A DNA stretch of 64,000 nucleotides from positions 1,364,001-1,428,000 of the forward strand of contig NW_027191414.1 of the NCBI RefSeq assembly GCF_041146345.1. Direction: 5' to 3'. Shown piece by piece: positions 27,695 to 40,664 of the stretch; positions within the stretch are counted from its first letter, which is position 1; each line of letters starts with the position of its first letter. Source of the stretch: Neodothiora populina (Eukaryota). Both the position numbers and the translations under genes were made by a program. The notes beneath the pieces are model-generated. The model did not search any database. It saw only the letters and a list, made by a program, of their open reading frames with translations, and was not told the DNA's origin.

Positions 27695-30055
27695 CTAACC
27701 TTCGGTGCCCGTGCTCCGGAATTGAGCACAGAGCCCGGCATAACCGTGTGTGAGGTCGAGGATATGCTGAGGCAGCGAGGTGGCTTGCACGATGCTGCGA
27801 ATCTTGACCGCACCCTCGTCTTCGATGAGTCGGCGGATCGTGTGCAGGAGACTAGGGGAGAACTGTATTCTGGTGCGTCAGCCAGATGCAAAAAAGAAAA
27901 AAAGATAAAGAACAAAGTACCTCTGAATACCACTTGGCTTGCCAGGCGATCAACCTGATCAAGCAACCCAGAGCAGGCAGAAGATCACCGGCGCGCTCGT
28001 GGTGTTGCAAGACGCCCTTCATGGCCTTGGGCGAGAACCTCGTCTCGAGGCAATTCGCGTAGGCCTCGACAGACTCTTCTTGTCGGTGCAGCCTCTCGGC
28101 CAGTTCGCCGAGTATCTCCCACTCTTCGCCCGACTTTTTGTATTGTAATCTCTGAGCTGCGTACTGCGCGCTCTCGGTGCGCCAGATGGTGTAGACTCTC
28201 AAGTCTTCGTACAGAACCATGAACAGGTTGTCGAGCCAGCGTTCGCACAGGCGCTTGTGCTGGAACTGAGTGTACGAGGTGTGGTTGGGGTCGGCAGGCG
28301 GCTGCGGATCGGGAGTCTCGTTCTGAGGCGCGACGGTGACGGTATGCGAAGGTTTGGAGACACGTGGCTCGAGGAAGCGTGGCGAAGTGGCGTTTGGCGC
28401 CGAGCTGCCGGACGATGAAGGTCGCTCCTCTGCTTGACCGTGCGAAGCAGCATTGGAGCTGGAGTTGTCGGGGCCGGGACTGGTGGGACTGCGGATGGCG
28501 GTGGTGCTGGCGTTGCGTTGGTGGTCGGGCACAACGCTGTGCTGTCGCTCGTTGCGATATTCCTCCTCCATGACAAAGACCTGACTCCGGATCTTGAGCA
28601 GCTGGTCCCAGCCGATGCGCTTGGTGATCTCGGTCAAGAGGGCGTATGCCTTTTGGAAGGTGCCCTTGTAGTGGGCGGCGCTGAGCCTGCGCAAGGTCGG
28701 GTGCACGAGGTCGGTCTCGCCAACAGCGCCGGCGTCGTCGATCTCGTCGCACATGGTCTCGGGGGCAAGAGGCAGCGACACACGGGCGGGATCGGGAAGA
28801 CGCGGCGAGTCTTTGTCTTGGTAAGTAAACATGGGACACGAGTTGAGGGTCAGCAGAGCCATGTCCCACTGCTCCATGCTGATGTAGACCTGCACCAGTC
28901 TCGCCCACGTGCCGAACTCGCTGGGGGCGGAGATGACGCTGCGCCTGGCGAGATCCAGCGCCAGATCGCTTCGTCCTTTGGATATGCAGAACTCGGCCTG
29001 GGCGTCGAGCAGAGAGTAGTCCATGGGCAGTTGTTCGATGGCTTCGTGGAGCAGGCGGACCGCCTTGACCTCTTCATCGCCAGAGATGTAGACACGAGCG
29101 AGTAGAGAGGCGATCTCCGGGTCGCGCATGCGTAGCTTTTCGAACAGGTTGATGCCTGATGTGTAGCGGCCGGTGGTGCGGATGTAGTCGAGGAGGCCGG
29201 TGGTCAGGTGGTTGGACACGAGGTTGGGCACTTGGATGTCGGGATCCGAGCCGAGTTGCCAGCCTTTTGTCCATCAATTAGGCATTAATCCGAGAAAGAG
29301 AGAGAGAAAGGGACCAAATATATACCATTGAAGAACAGCCTCTCTGCAGCCTCGAGGAACCTGTGCTCGGCCTCTGTGTTTGTGATTGGGTTGAATCGTC
29401 TCACTCCGACAATCTTCTTGATCGTGTCTCCTGATCCATCGTCTGCATATGAGTAGGCGCGCAGGACGCTGCACAGATATGTCTCGAGCCATTGTTCCTC
29501 TGAAGCTTCGAACTTGTCGCCCCTCTCGTTGACGCAGTAGCTCTCGACGGTGCCGGGGATCTGCACCTGGACGCGCATGTCGAGTCTCGAAAAGGCATTG
29601 TAGCAGCTGTGGATGGGTCATGTCGGTCAGCAAGCGGGAGGCACGTGAGACGAAAAGACCGAAGGTAAGAAAGAAAGAAAGAAGACAAAAAGAAAGAAAG
29701 AGAGAAATACCAGTAGAGCCCAGAGACGACCTTGTGTTGCTTGTCATGCGGCGAGTAGACCAAAGTATTGATGTATGCGGCAAGACTGGCCGACGACGAG
29801 GCGTCCTGTCCCGTGACGTGATGGTATACACTGACCGGTTTGGCCGTGGAAGACTTGACGGGCTGTTTGACCAGCTCTACCAGATCGGGGGGTCCCAGCT
29901 CGCGCAGGTGTTGCAGACCCTCGGTGCGCAGTTCGACGGCGGCATTGTCCTCTTGCTCGAAGATTCTAGGACAATCATATTTCAGTCACTGTCTTTTGGT
30001 ATACATTGACGGGATCGGGTGGATGGGCGCACTCAGGGACAGCGGACGACACCAT
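27695..30055 (-). CDS. BCH1: Exomer cargo adaptor (ChAPs family; Bud7/Bch1-like), multi-exon
   Basis: RELGPPDLV, CYNAFSRLDMRV, WLETYLCSVLR, ALLTLNSCPMF, KRLCERWLDNLFMVLYEDLR and EWEILG motifs. The final exon ends ...STGTEG*. Confidence 0.9.
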
Positions 30056-31258
30056 CGCGCCAGGTGGTCTTGTTTCTAGGATGCGGAATCGACCAATGCG
30101 ATTGTGGACGTCGGTCGTTTGTGTATGGGATGCGGGCGTTGGCGACTGAATTACAAGGAGAAAGGAGGGTGAAGCAGATGGCGCGCAATTGGTAGAGGGA
30201 GAGATTCGGTCTCAATGCTAAGGTATGCGGTATACACAGACGATGGTATAGAGATACAGGACAACGGGGATTAGAGTGTAGACGATTGACCTTGCCCCAA
30301 AACACAGACACACAGACACTCTTGCACACGGTGATGCAAACACCACCTGCAGACAAGACAGAGCAAGACCAAGGACAAAGACAAGACACGACGCGCGAGA
30401 CAAGGCTAGGCGAGGCGAGGCGACGCAATCTTCTTATCTTAGTTTGGTTTAGCGATACCACAGACGATCCTGCAGGGAGCAGCAGTCTGGACCAAATAAT
30501 CATCAAAATCGAGTCCGTCTCTCCAACAAGAACCATAGCAATCAAGAGGTACAAGTATGATCAACCTCGTGTGGTTATTCCACTTGTTCATAGTAGGTAG
30601 AATACGCTGTCTCTTTCTCCTACTTCCTTCTCCACTGCCTAGAGCCGCCGAGAAGACGACGCGTTGAATGAGTGCAGTACAAAGTGAGGTAATTACCTAA
30701 GCTGTAATTGCGGCGAGCACACGACGCGATTGGCCGGTCGCCTTTAGAGTAATGATTCGATTTGATCGATCTGAGCTGATTCACCAAAAAACCCTCGGAA
30801 TTAGGGTTCAATAGACAGTATAGCAGTAGTTGATCAACCTACAGTAGTAAAGTAAGGTAGGTAAGATATTAAGATATTCCTGGTCTCTCTTCATTCACAG
30901 CAGCTATATCTTGTTTGTGTTTTTTTTCGATCAGAGAACACACAGAGGACATCTTTTCTGGATATATCAGACAACGGCAATCTACCAAGCCTCTGTGCAT
31001 CCAGAGCTACCGCTGACACCTCTGGTCAACTCCTAGTCAACTCCATCCTTTAACAAGGCACCCATTGACACTCTTCGGGCATCACCAATAATCCGCACCG
31101 ACAATAAGGACGGACTGAGAAGGTAAAGGAAACATGACAGACTCATGACCATCGTTGCGACACACTCTTCCGCAGTCCATGTGCGCCAGAACACAACGCA
31201 CCTACCCTGACAGTAACCGAACACTCCCCGCTCCTTCCCTCTTTTCTGTGCAATCGCA

Positions 31259-34200
31259 ATGGCGACGTTCAAGGCGCTCAACATCGAGTCCGACGACGAG
31301 GAAGACATCGAGATCGACAACACAAAGGAAATCCAGGTCGAGGAAGCGCTGAAACTCTACCAAGATGCCCTGAGACTCCACTCCGAAGGCCCGCGTTCGT
31401 ACAAGCAGACTGCTGCCGCATACCGCGCTCTGTTCCAGTCAGACATCTTCCAGTATCCCGAGTCCCAGTCAGAACTCAAGCGACTCGAGCTGTACGGTGC
31501 GCCCGCAGATGCCGATGATTGCCAGGTGGTGCAAGAGGGAGACGCCGTCGTGGGCTACACCGGCGCAACCGAGGAGAACGCGCTCGGGACTCTGCCGCAG
31601 CTCATCCATCTGTCACAAAAGAATCACGGCCAATTCCTGCTCGAGTCGCTGCAGTACAAGATCAAACACGAGGCGGGCGACGTGCCACAGAGAGAAATCC
31701 ACACTGCCGCCCTGGCTGCACTCAACTCGTTTGTCGAGTCTCTGGACAAGGACGAAACCGACCCGGACCTCTGGAGGCGCACCGCCGCTGTTGGAGACCT
31801 CCTGGGCAGCGGTAGAGTCGCGCGATATTGTCTGGAAGCGGTGCTCGATGCTGACGATGCTGCCATCGAAGCTGTTCTTTCCATCCCGGGGCTGGCGGAA
31901 ACGCTTGCTGGACAGCAGCTGAGAGATGTCGTCATGAATCTGCACGACCAGCTGTCCATGCTCCAGCCGCCTCTGTCGAACATGAAGCAGCGGAAACTGT
32001 CCAAGTTGCTGAAAGAACGACTGGACACGTATGAGCCACTCCGCGCTTACCAGCGGAGTCATGTCCCCCCGCAGCTCCCCCACGAGCCGGTGCGCACCAC
32101 TCTCAAGTCCCCTCGCACTTGGACCCATGTGGGAGAGCTCCTTCTTGAACATGCCGTGAGCGATGCTAACCCCCCTGACGTACACATTCCTGCGTCGAGC
32201 ATCGTCTTTGATCTTGAAGCCAGCCTTGACGACCTCATGGACCTCGACCACTCCGGCAATCTGCCCTCGTTTCGCGCACACGATCTTCCAGACAGTCTTC
32301 CTTCCTCCCAGTTCCTCGGCATGGACGATGGCACCCCGACTGCTCCCGTGCCCGCCTTCTCTTTGCTGCCTCAAACACAACCCACCGACTCGGACCCTGC
32401 CTCAACAACTCAACTGACAAGAAAACGGTCGGGAGATGTCGCCGGTCTGCAGGATTCCACAGAAGCAGGCCGCAGCAGGAGTAAGCGTGTCCGTGCTCGT
32501 GAATCAAATGTCGACGCCTCCATCCTCGAAGATGAACCTCTCGTCGACAGTGTGCAAGCCGAGCGGGAGCTGGATGATCTCAATTTCGTGGATGGTCTCA
32601 TGGTCGATGCTGTCGATAAACTCCTTGCTGCTCTGCATCTGCCCACCATCACTCTGCGCACGCTCGATCGAAAAGCCCTCCGAGGCGCCTCCGCCAAGCC
32701 CGATTCCCAGGTTTTTGCTCACTTGCCCGTCGGGGCCACGCAGAGGGCGAGTCTCGATCTCTACCACTTCCTCGAAGCCTACTCAGACGACATGGCCCGG
32801 ACGCTCCTGCTCGCCAACACTGACCTGGACGCCACATCCGACGCTCACGTCCAGCCGAGCGGCCTTTCTCCTTCGACATCTGATCAGTCCCAAGAGCCAT
32901 GGCCGAGCGTCGACGAGGTAGGGGGCTTGCTTGATCACGTGCAATCGCTGAGCAAGACATGGTCACACACGAGTGAGGTGATTTTCTCGTGGCTGTCCCA
33001 ATTCTTGAATCCGGATGCCAGCTGCTTGACCCCACCTCCACCCAAGGGCAAGTCCAGCTACGTCTCACAAAGGTGGCAAGAGCCTCTCAAAGCTATCCTT
33101 GTCCGCATCATCGTCACAATCGACGAGTACATCTACCACATACTCGATCAAAGAATCCAGGAACATGACACGAGCCTCGTGCGACACCAAGAAGCTGCGA
33201 GCAACCCCAGCTCTCGGAATGCTGCCTTGGCCGATGTCAACATGATCCAATCACTCTTCGAACTGCATCTTGACGTCTATTCCCTCATCAAGTTACCCAA
33301 CAGCGGTGTGGACCAAGATGCCATCCTCCTCCAAGCCGATCGCACTGATCGATGGGCTAACCTTTCCCGCGATGCAATGAACGTGCGTACCACATTACTG
33401 GACCGCGCTAGCCTGAAGGACGAGCTCAATTTGCGTTATCTGTGGGCGGCGACCCATCATATCAGCATCGCCTCCGATGTCTCCCGCGAACATACAATTG
33501 CTTGCTGGCAGGAGCTCCGATCCATCTTTGTTGCAGTGGACGGACCAGTCATCGAGCTGCAGAACAATGTAGTCATGCCATATCTCTCCATCGAGTCCAT
33601 TGACAGAGAGCTCTCTCGCCTCACCACTCAAGACTTTTTCGTCAAGATCTTCAATCCTGACCAGGAGGACTACACCGTTGTCATCGAAAGCCTTGAACCC
33701 TTGCTCGAGATGCTACATGCAGACTCCACCATTGACTTGACCGTTGCATCTCCGGAACTCGTCAACTTTCTTAAAAGCAGTACCACCGAGCTCCGCGTTT
33801 CGCTATGGCAGCGTCTCAGAGAGGCTTATGAGAATATCGACTATCCGCCCATGGTCGTCTGTTGCTACTTCCGCATAGTTGAGATGCTGATGGGAGTGAT
33901 CAAAAGTAGCTCGTTCACAGAAAAGCCTCTGGCTGAGAGACAGACCACATTACTGAAATACCTCCGCCTCTCGCAGAGTCTAATTGGACGTATCGTTGTT
34001 CTTGCCGACAAGAATGAGAATGCCTTTGAATGCATGGACATGGTGAGGGTAAAGTCTGGCCTCGAAGCAATCATCGACCTGCTCAAAATCTTGCACAGCT
34101 ACACGTTGTTCCATGATGACATTCGTGTCGGGCTACGTGCAGCTCCAACCTCGCCCACAGGCGCCTCGTTACGTACCTTTTCACCCTTCACCAAAGCACT

Positions 34201-37200
34201 GCAGGAAACCCAATTACATTCGTGGATTCTTGTCTATAAACTCGTCAGCGAAGCTGTATCACAGAACCCCGAAAAGGTAGAGTCTCCCGACAACAGCCTG
34301 TTCGACTTCTTGCGCAATGTGCATAACGTACTCGGAGCTCGAAGCCTATGCGGCAAATTCAACAGGGCTTTCCTCAAGATGCTGAAACAAGAATATCTCC
34401 GGATGAGAATAGCGAAATCAGTGGACAACAAATATTTCGATATCGAGTTTGCCCAGATACTTTACGACCTCTACAATCTGAAGCTGTTCCTCAATCCCAA
34501 CTATGACCAGCAAGAGCACAACTGTCAGCCCGATGTCACCGCCGACAAGCATTCTGCCATGCAAGCTGTCGATCTCCTGCTTACTCTGGCTTCCAAGATG
34601 AAGATGAACGACCTCCTCAAGCATCCTATCCGCGACACCATCGAGAAGGTCCATGCGCTCGTGACGCGGAAAAAGCCTTCAGACGCAATCATGAAGAACA
34701 GGGACGTCATTCGCACCTTTCTCAAATCCCCCATCAATCCCTCGGAGGTTTTCCAGTGTGTCTATGGCGTGGGCAACCTCACTCTGTATCCTGTGCCAGC
34801 AGAGCATGCAATACTGGCGGCCAAGGGATGGTATTTCCTCATGGGCTACATACACCTGAGTCGATTCAGATCCCAGAAGAGGACAACGGCCACCGCAACC
34901 GACGATCTCGACATTGCAGTTGCATTGTTCATGCAAGAGCTGGAGTACAGCATGGACAATTGGGAGACGTGGTTTAGGATCGCTCAGGCGTACGACTCTA
35001 AAATCGAAGAACATGTCTCTTGGTCGGCGGAAAAGCTGAGCAGCAATGCCGCTGAAATCATACAGCTCCAGAAGGCAGCGATACATTGCTATAGGATGGC
35101 GGTCGCTTTGGCCATGCGTACAGCTGAACCTGGAACCGAAACAACTGCCAAATTGGCCGAGCTTTTCGCCGATTTTGCCATGAGGCTATACGCTTCCACC
35201 AGAGATCCTTTTGATATGCAAGCCTTCTCCTTGGGCGAAGTCGAAAGATTCTTTAGCACAGAGACTTTGGTCAAGGGTATACCATTTCGACCTATGAGCC
35301 CCTATGTTGCATGGAAACTCGCCAGAGGTTTTTTCATCAAAGCCATCAGGCTGAACCAAGACAAGTGGATGTACGTTCTGCATAGCACTAGACCTTCTAA
35401 TCATCATAATCACTGACTTTCATCCCAGTCTACATTACCACTTGGCAAAGTGCACATGGAAGATGTTTTCCCGAGACGACGATGCGCGAGAGATAGACAG
35501 GCCACTTGTTCCAGAAGATGTCCTCGGTGACATTGTCAAAGCCATCGAGCTGTTGCCAACCAAGAAAGATCCTCGACGCACTTCGTCCGAACCGATCCTC
35601 GAGCCGCATTACAAATTGGTCTCTGTTGTCCACAAGATGGTCGGAGCTGGCGACCTGGAGGTAGGACCGCGCCTGATTCCATTCGTATCCACAGTACTAA
35701 AATATTCTCAGCCCGATGAAGCTTGTGACATACTCCAGGCTACACCGTATGCCGCCAAGGTAGAAGCAGTGTCAGAACTGCCTGAGTGGGAGGAATATAT
35801 ACTCAAGGTGCTCAAGAACCTGCGAACTGCAGACAAGGCACATTGGCATCATCGTATGATAGCAAGAGTATGTCGTATTTTGTGCACAAGACAAAATACT
35901 TTACTGACTATGATAGGCTGCAACAATAGTCTACCACGACGGCAAAGACAAAGCCTCCATTCTTGCCGCCAAGCACGAATTGACACAGCAGATGTTCACC
36001 AAGACGATGCAGCTGCAGATCTGGAAGCCCGAGCACCAACGCCAGGGCCGGCATTTTGTCTATTCGGCACGTTACGTTCGCTTCTTTGCGCGCCTGCTGG
36101 ACCAGCTGGACGACAGAACGGGGCTTGACGGACTGGCACGCAGGGTCCGCAAGCGACAGGTCGATATATACGAACATGCCGCGGTATGGCAAGACATCTG
36201 CCAATCGTATCTTCGGGTAGGTTCATCCTGGCCATGTCTCCTGCTTATGCTAACGTCGGTCTCAGGTCTTGCGCAGCTTTGGTGCTATACCACTTGGACA
36301 CGAAACAGCCGTTTTTAGTGCCATCACTCACGAAGACTTTGAACGCCGCAAAGATTTGTTGGAGAAGTGGTGTCAGGATCCTTCATCGACCTCTCCTACG
36401 CTTACCGCAATGCAAGAAGCTCTTGAACTGAAGAAGATCAACGCAGGTCTGATGAAGGCCGGACTCATCGATGATTTAGTTGGAGATGCATATGCCTGTC
36501 TTTACGATACCGTAGGACAGCAGCTGTGGTCAACAGTAGAGTCACGCGAGGCGGAAGAGATGTCGAAAAAGGAAACCACCGACGCCGAGATCAAATTTAG
36601 AGACGAGTCGGCTCCAGCCACAACTCATCCTCCTCCGAGTCCGCCTCGCAATCCGATGATGAAGCTGAGCCACCTGATGAATATCGAGGGCAACACAGAA
36701 GCTTCAACACCCGTCACTACCCAGCCGTCGACTGTCGCGACACCCACAGCAGAAGCGACCCCTGTCCCAGGCGCCGCGGCGTCGGACGGCGCAGCACCCA
36801 CCTCATCACAACAGCAACAGACAAAGCGTAAGCCTGGCATCGGAAGACGAGAAATCAGGCTGTGCGCCGAAGCCTGCGTCAGCAAAGTCGCCCCTGTTCC
36901 CACCACTGTCAAATCCCGCCCATCCACGAGCGGCCAGGTCCAAGTAGTGATCGAATACCGTCCCAGATCAGCCAGCATAAAGGCCATGTCCGGTCGCCGC
37001 AGCATCGATGCCTCGGCGGTTGGAGCAGCAGCTTCGTCAGACGCAGACGACGAATCCGACGAGAGCGAACTCAGCGATGTCGACGAGGAACTCGTCACTC
37101 AGGGCATTCCTGGTAGCAAACCGAAGCCGAAGCCGCAGCCTCCTAGGCTAATGTTCCCTGGTCTTGCCAAGATGCCTGAAGCCAGCAGGGCTTTGTCATC

Positions 37201-37666
37201 GTCGTCTTCGGACATTGAGGCCGTAGCGGTAGGTCAGGATGGAGAAGATGACGAAGATGAACAAGATGAAGAGATGGGCGATGAGGGTGCAGGCGAGGAG
37301 GAGGAGGAAGAAGAAGAAGAAGAAGAAGAAGAAGAACGGGAGGGTCAAGCCAATCAGCTGGACGAAGAGGAAGAAGAAGGCGACGTCGAAAATCAAGAAG
37401 GTGTTGATGTCGTAAACGATCAGCAAGATGGAGAGGAGGAAGAAGGAGAAGAAGACATCAACATGGAAGAGGTTGGCGACGACGAACAAGAAGAGCAAGA
37501 AGAAGAAGAAGAAGAAGAAGAACTCGAAGACGAAGAAGAGGAAGACGACGAGGACGGAGGAGAACTAATGGGCACCTCTGCAGCATGGCATAACCAACAG
37601 GCCCGCCTCGCCGCAGAAGAAGCCGCTGCCGCTAATGCTCAGCTTATTGGACATATTTCTGAATGA
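31259..37666 (+). CDS. HIR3: Histone transcription regulator 3 (HIR complex TPR subunit), multi-exon, acidic C-terminal tail
   Basis: MATFKALNIE..TKEIQVEEALKLYQDAL, LWRRTA, LEPHYKLVS, DKAHWHHRMIAR and QMFTKTM..IWKPE..GRHFVY motifs. Confidence 0.92.
37297..37545 (+). repeat. Coding (GAA/GAG)n microsatellites encoding poly-Glu in HIR3
   Basis: gaagaagaa runs at about 37307-37336 and 37499-37522. Confidence 0.85.
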
Positions 37667-38240
37667 TTGAGTACATAGTACCTATGCAGACGCTTGGGGA
37701 AAAGGATATAATAACTCGAGCCCGATTTGGAAAATTGAGCAACGCTTGTATACCTCGTGACTACCAAGGAAACACACCTAGTTGATGCAAGGGTTCATTG
37801 GACCATATCCCGCCCCCCATCCAGTGGATTGACAAATTCGTGAATACCTACTCACTTACATATCCGACCCGAAGAAACCGACTCGGTTCTCGACGGTCAG
37901 CTTACTACAATCGGGAATTGATCGCGAACTAATGCATCGATATATTACTTGCCCTTGTTGAAATTGACAAGATGAGATCGATAGGACAGTACGTCAGAGC
38001 ACACACGAGACAAATCACTCGGGTAGAAGTAAAAGGACAAGAGAAAGCGAAACAAGGACAGGGGAAGAGTCAACATGTAGATAGAGATAAGATACATAGA
38101 CGATACACAACACTCAGATAACCAATTCCTCCCATTTCCGTGTTCTTTTATCCTCCTGCGTTTCAGAAAGCAAAAAGCATAGCAACACCAACGGAGAGGC
38201 AAGTCAGACTTGATGATGACGATGATGAGAGGAGACAAAT

Positions 38241-39397
38241 CTACTCGAGATCATCGACGACATCAAGCGCGTCCTCCGTGGGCACCTCGCCCTGCTTGTT
38301 CTTCTTGGCAGCGGCCGCAGGGCCACCTTTCGTCGCCGTCTTTTCGTCGCCTGCTGCGTCTTCTGCGTCGTCGTCTTCTTCTTCGTCTGCTAGTGGCTCT
38401 TCTTCGTCCTCGTCCTCCTCTGCGTCGTCTGCAGAGGCGGCTTCGTCGTCGTCTTCGTCGTCGACTACCTCCGGGACTTGGTCGTCCGCGGCGGCAGAGT
38501 CTGAGTCTGAGGCCTCTTCGTCATCGCCTGCTTTCTTGCTTGATGATGAGGTCGTTTTGGCCTTTTTCTTGGCTGGCTCCGAGGCGGCTGCTGTGCGGGA
38601 CTTCTTCGCTGGGGCTTTTGGGCGGGGGTGTGGTTAGTTTCTTTCCATTTCTCCTTCTTTGCAAGAGGGGGTTTGAATCCAAATAGAGATGGGGTTGAGG
38701 GATATTTTTCATGAAGGAATGAAAGATACGATGAAGGAGGTAGTGGATTGTGCATGTTGAGAGGGGAATCGATCTGGCAGGGTACATCTAGGGTGACCAA
38801 GGTGGACTGAATGAAGTCGTTATAGACTCAGGGGTGCAAAAGGGTAAGAGATGATAGTGAAAATGGAAGACAAGGGGGTGGTAGGTTTGAGTGATACGTC
38901 CACATAGCTTCAGATCAACTTGAGCATTTTATCAAGAAACTGTTGAGACTATGCAGCAAGAGAAGAGGAGAACATGGGAGGAATTCAAGAAGAGGAAAAA
39001 TGAGAGAAAGAAGAAAGAACGTACGAGGAGCAGCATCGTCCTCTTCAGACTCATCGTCGTCTACAACATCTTCGGCATCAGACTCTTCGTACCTGCAAGG
39101 GGGTATTCATGTTAGCCTGGAGCCTGCTACAAGCTGCTTGGAGCTCTTCGCTTCTTTTAGCAGACCAATCGCAACTCAACATTGCCAAACTCTGTTGCTT
39201 GACAGACGAGCAACAAGCCCATAGCAACGCGACGATGATGCACATCGAATCAAGTATATGCGACAAGTAAAAGAGATAAAAGCAACAAAACAGAGGCATG
39301 ACATCATCACTCACTCTTCTTCCTCTTCGCTATCTTCAGGAAGGGATTGAAGCTCCTCTTCCTCGTCCTGCTCGGCTCTTCTCTTGCGGGTGGACAT
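38241..39397 (-). CDS. Small acidic/Lys-rich low-complexity protein (174 aa), exons 39397-39315, 39092-39025, 38614-38241
   Basis: The splice model keeps frame (83+68+374 nt): MSTRKRRAEQDEEEELQSLPEDSEEEEEYEESD..APPPAKKSR..PAKKKAK..DDLE*. It has NLS-like basic clusters. Confidence 0.8.
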
Positions 39398-39588
39398 GAC
39401 GAATAGTAAAAAGGTGTATGTATTGAGTAGTTGGTAGGTAAAAAGAGAAGAAAAAGGGAAGAGACCGAGACGAAGAGAGGATTGGGGGAATGGGAAAGGG
39501 AGCGCGGCTGGGGGAATGATGCAAGCCACCTCCAACAGCAGCAACTTAGTTCTGTCTCTTATGTTGTGTGTGTGGGGAAAGCTGCATC

Positions 39589-39613
39589 TGCTTGCTTGCT
39601 TGCTTGCTTGCTT
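39589..39613. repeat. (GCTT)n tetranucleotide microsatellite
   Basis: tgcttgcttgcttgcttgcttgctt upstream of the acidic-protein gene. Confidence 0.9.
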
Positions 39614-40664
39614 CCCTTACTTTACCTTTCGCCGATACGCCTTGCCCTGGCCCGTCTTGGCTTTACTGCGACCAAAGGGGGAGAAAATACACTCGCCAGG
39701 GCAACCGTCGTTGTCGTTGTTATCGATCCGTCGCACAAAAGGCAATTTTGGCTGTCATGAACGCACACAAGCTTCGGTGCCTGGTTGAGCAGAGATCAGA
39801 AAGGGTAAAGTGTCGACACTGCCGAGTCTGTCTGCAATTGGCTCTGATGGGAAGCACGTGGGTGTCGCCTTGACTTCCTCTCTGGCTTGGACATTCATGG
39901 TTGTCGCAAAAGACGACTTAGGTTCTGGTAATCAAGCTAGACGATGGTCGACGGAGGTGCAATTATTATGTCGGCTTGATCAACAAATGCCGACTTCTGC
40001 GCCCCGTGGCTACACAACCAGGATGCTTGTGATCGTTGCCTACCGTATTCATCATTCAATCAATATCATCTGTAATCTCATAAAAACGAGTTTAAGCGTA
40101 TTCGTGCCTGGGTTGACAAGAAGTGCAGTCGGCCGACAAGACTCTTGTGCGTCTTGTCATGTAAAACGACAAGTAGGCTGATTTGTCTTCTGTTGCACAA
40201 ATTGCCCAAAAGCCATGGATGTGAACCGCCGTGAATCGAACGAGTGCGCTTGTCACCCACTTTACTCCAGACCCGTCTTGATTGAGCTTCACTTGAGTCC
40301 CGAGGTTAAGCCGGCCAGGATTGGTAGCTCACTTCCCGCTGAGCCAACGACGCCAATCGGTCTCGCGCCTTCCCGCTCCAGAAAATTCACACCCTGATAC
40401 ACGGGACTCCAAACCGCCCGCGCTGCTCCACCACAACCACATTCAGTAACCACTACGGCTCTTGCCACCCATCTGGTCGCTAAGCTGCCGCATAGTCCAT
40501 ATATACTGTTTTGAGATATTGTCTAATTTTCACGTCGAACTCGGACAGGCGGCAGCGTCGTCCACACCAATAGGAATCACCCAGCGCTTGGATCGCGCCC
40601 GGCAGCTGTTGGAAAGATCTGTGAAACTTTTTCTGACGCAGAATCCACCATCATCACAACACAA

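Noticed and set aside
27985..29105. Long overlapping/antisense ORFs (307 aa, 223 aa) over the ChAPs gene; similar ones over HMT1, HIR3 and BRF1
   Set aside because: Shadow ORFs expected from GC-rich codon usage; no motifs.
30345..30425. Degenerate CAAGA/GAGGC pentamer repeats upstream of the ChAPs gene
   Set aside because: Low-complexity 5'-UTR/promoter simple repeats.
38140..38686. Ser-rich and Arg-rich plus-strand ORFs
   Set aside because: Antisense mirror of the Asp/Glu codons of the minus-strand acidic protein.
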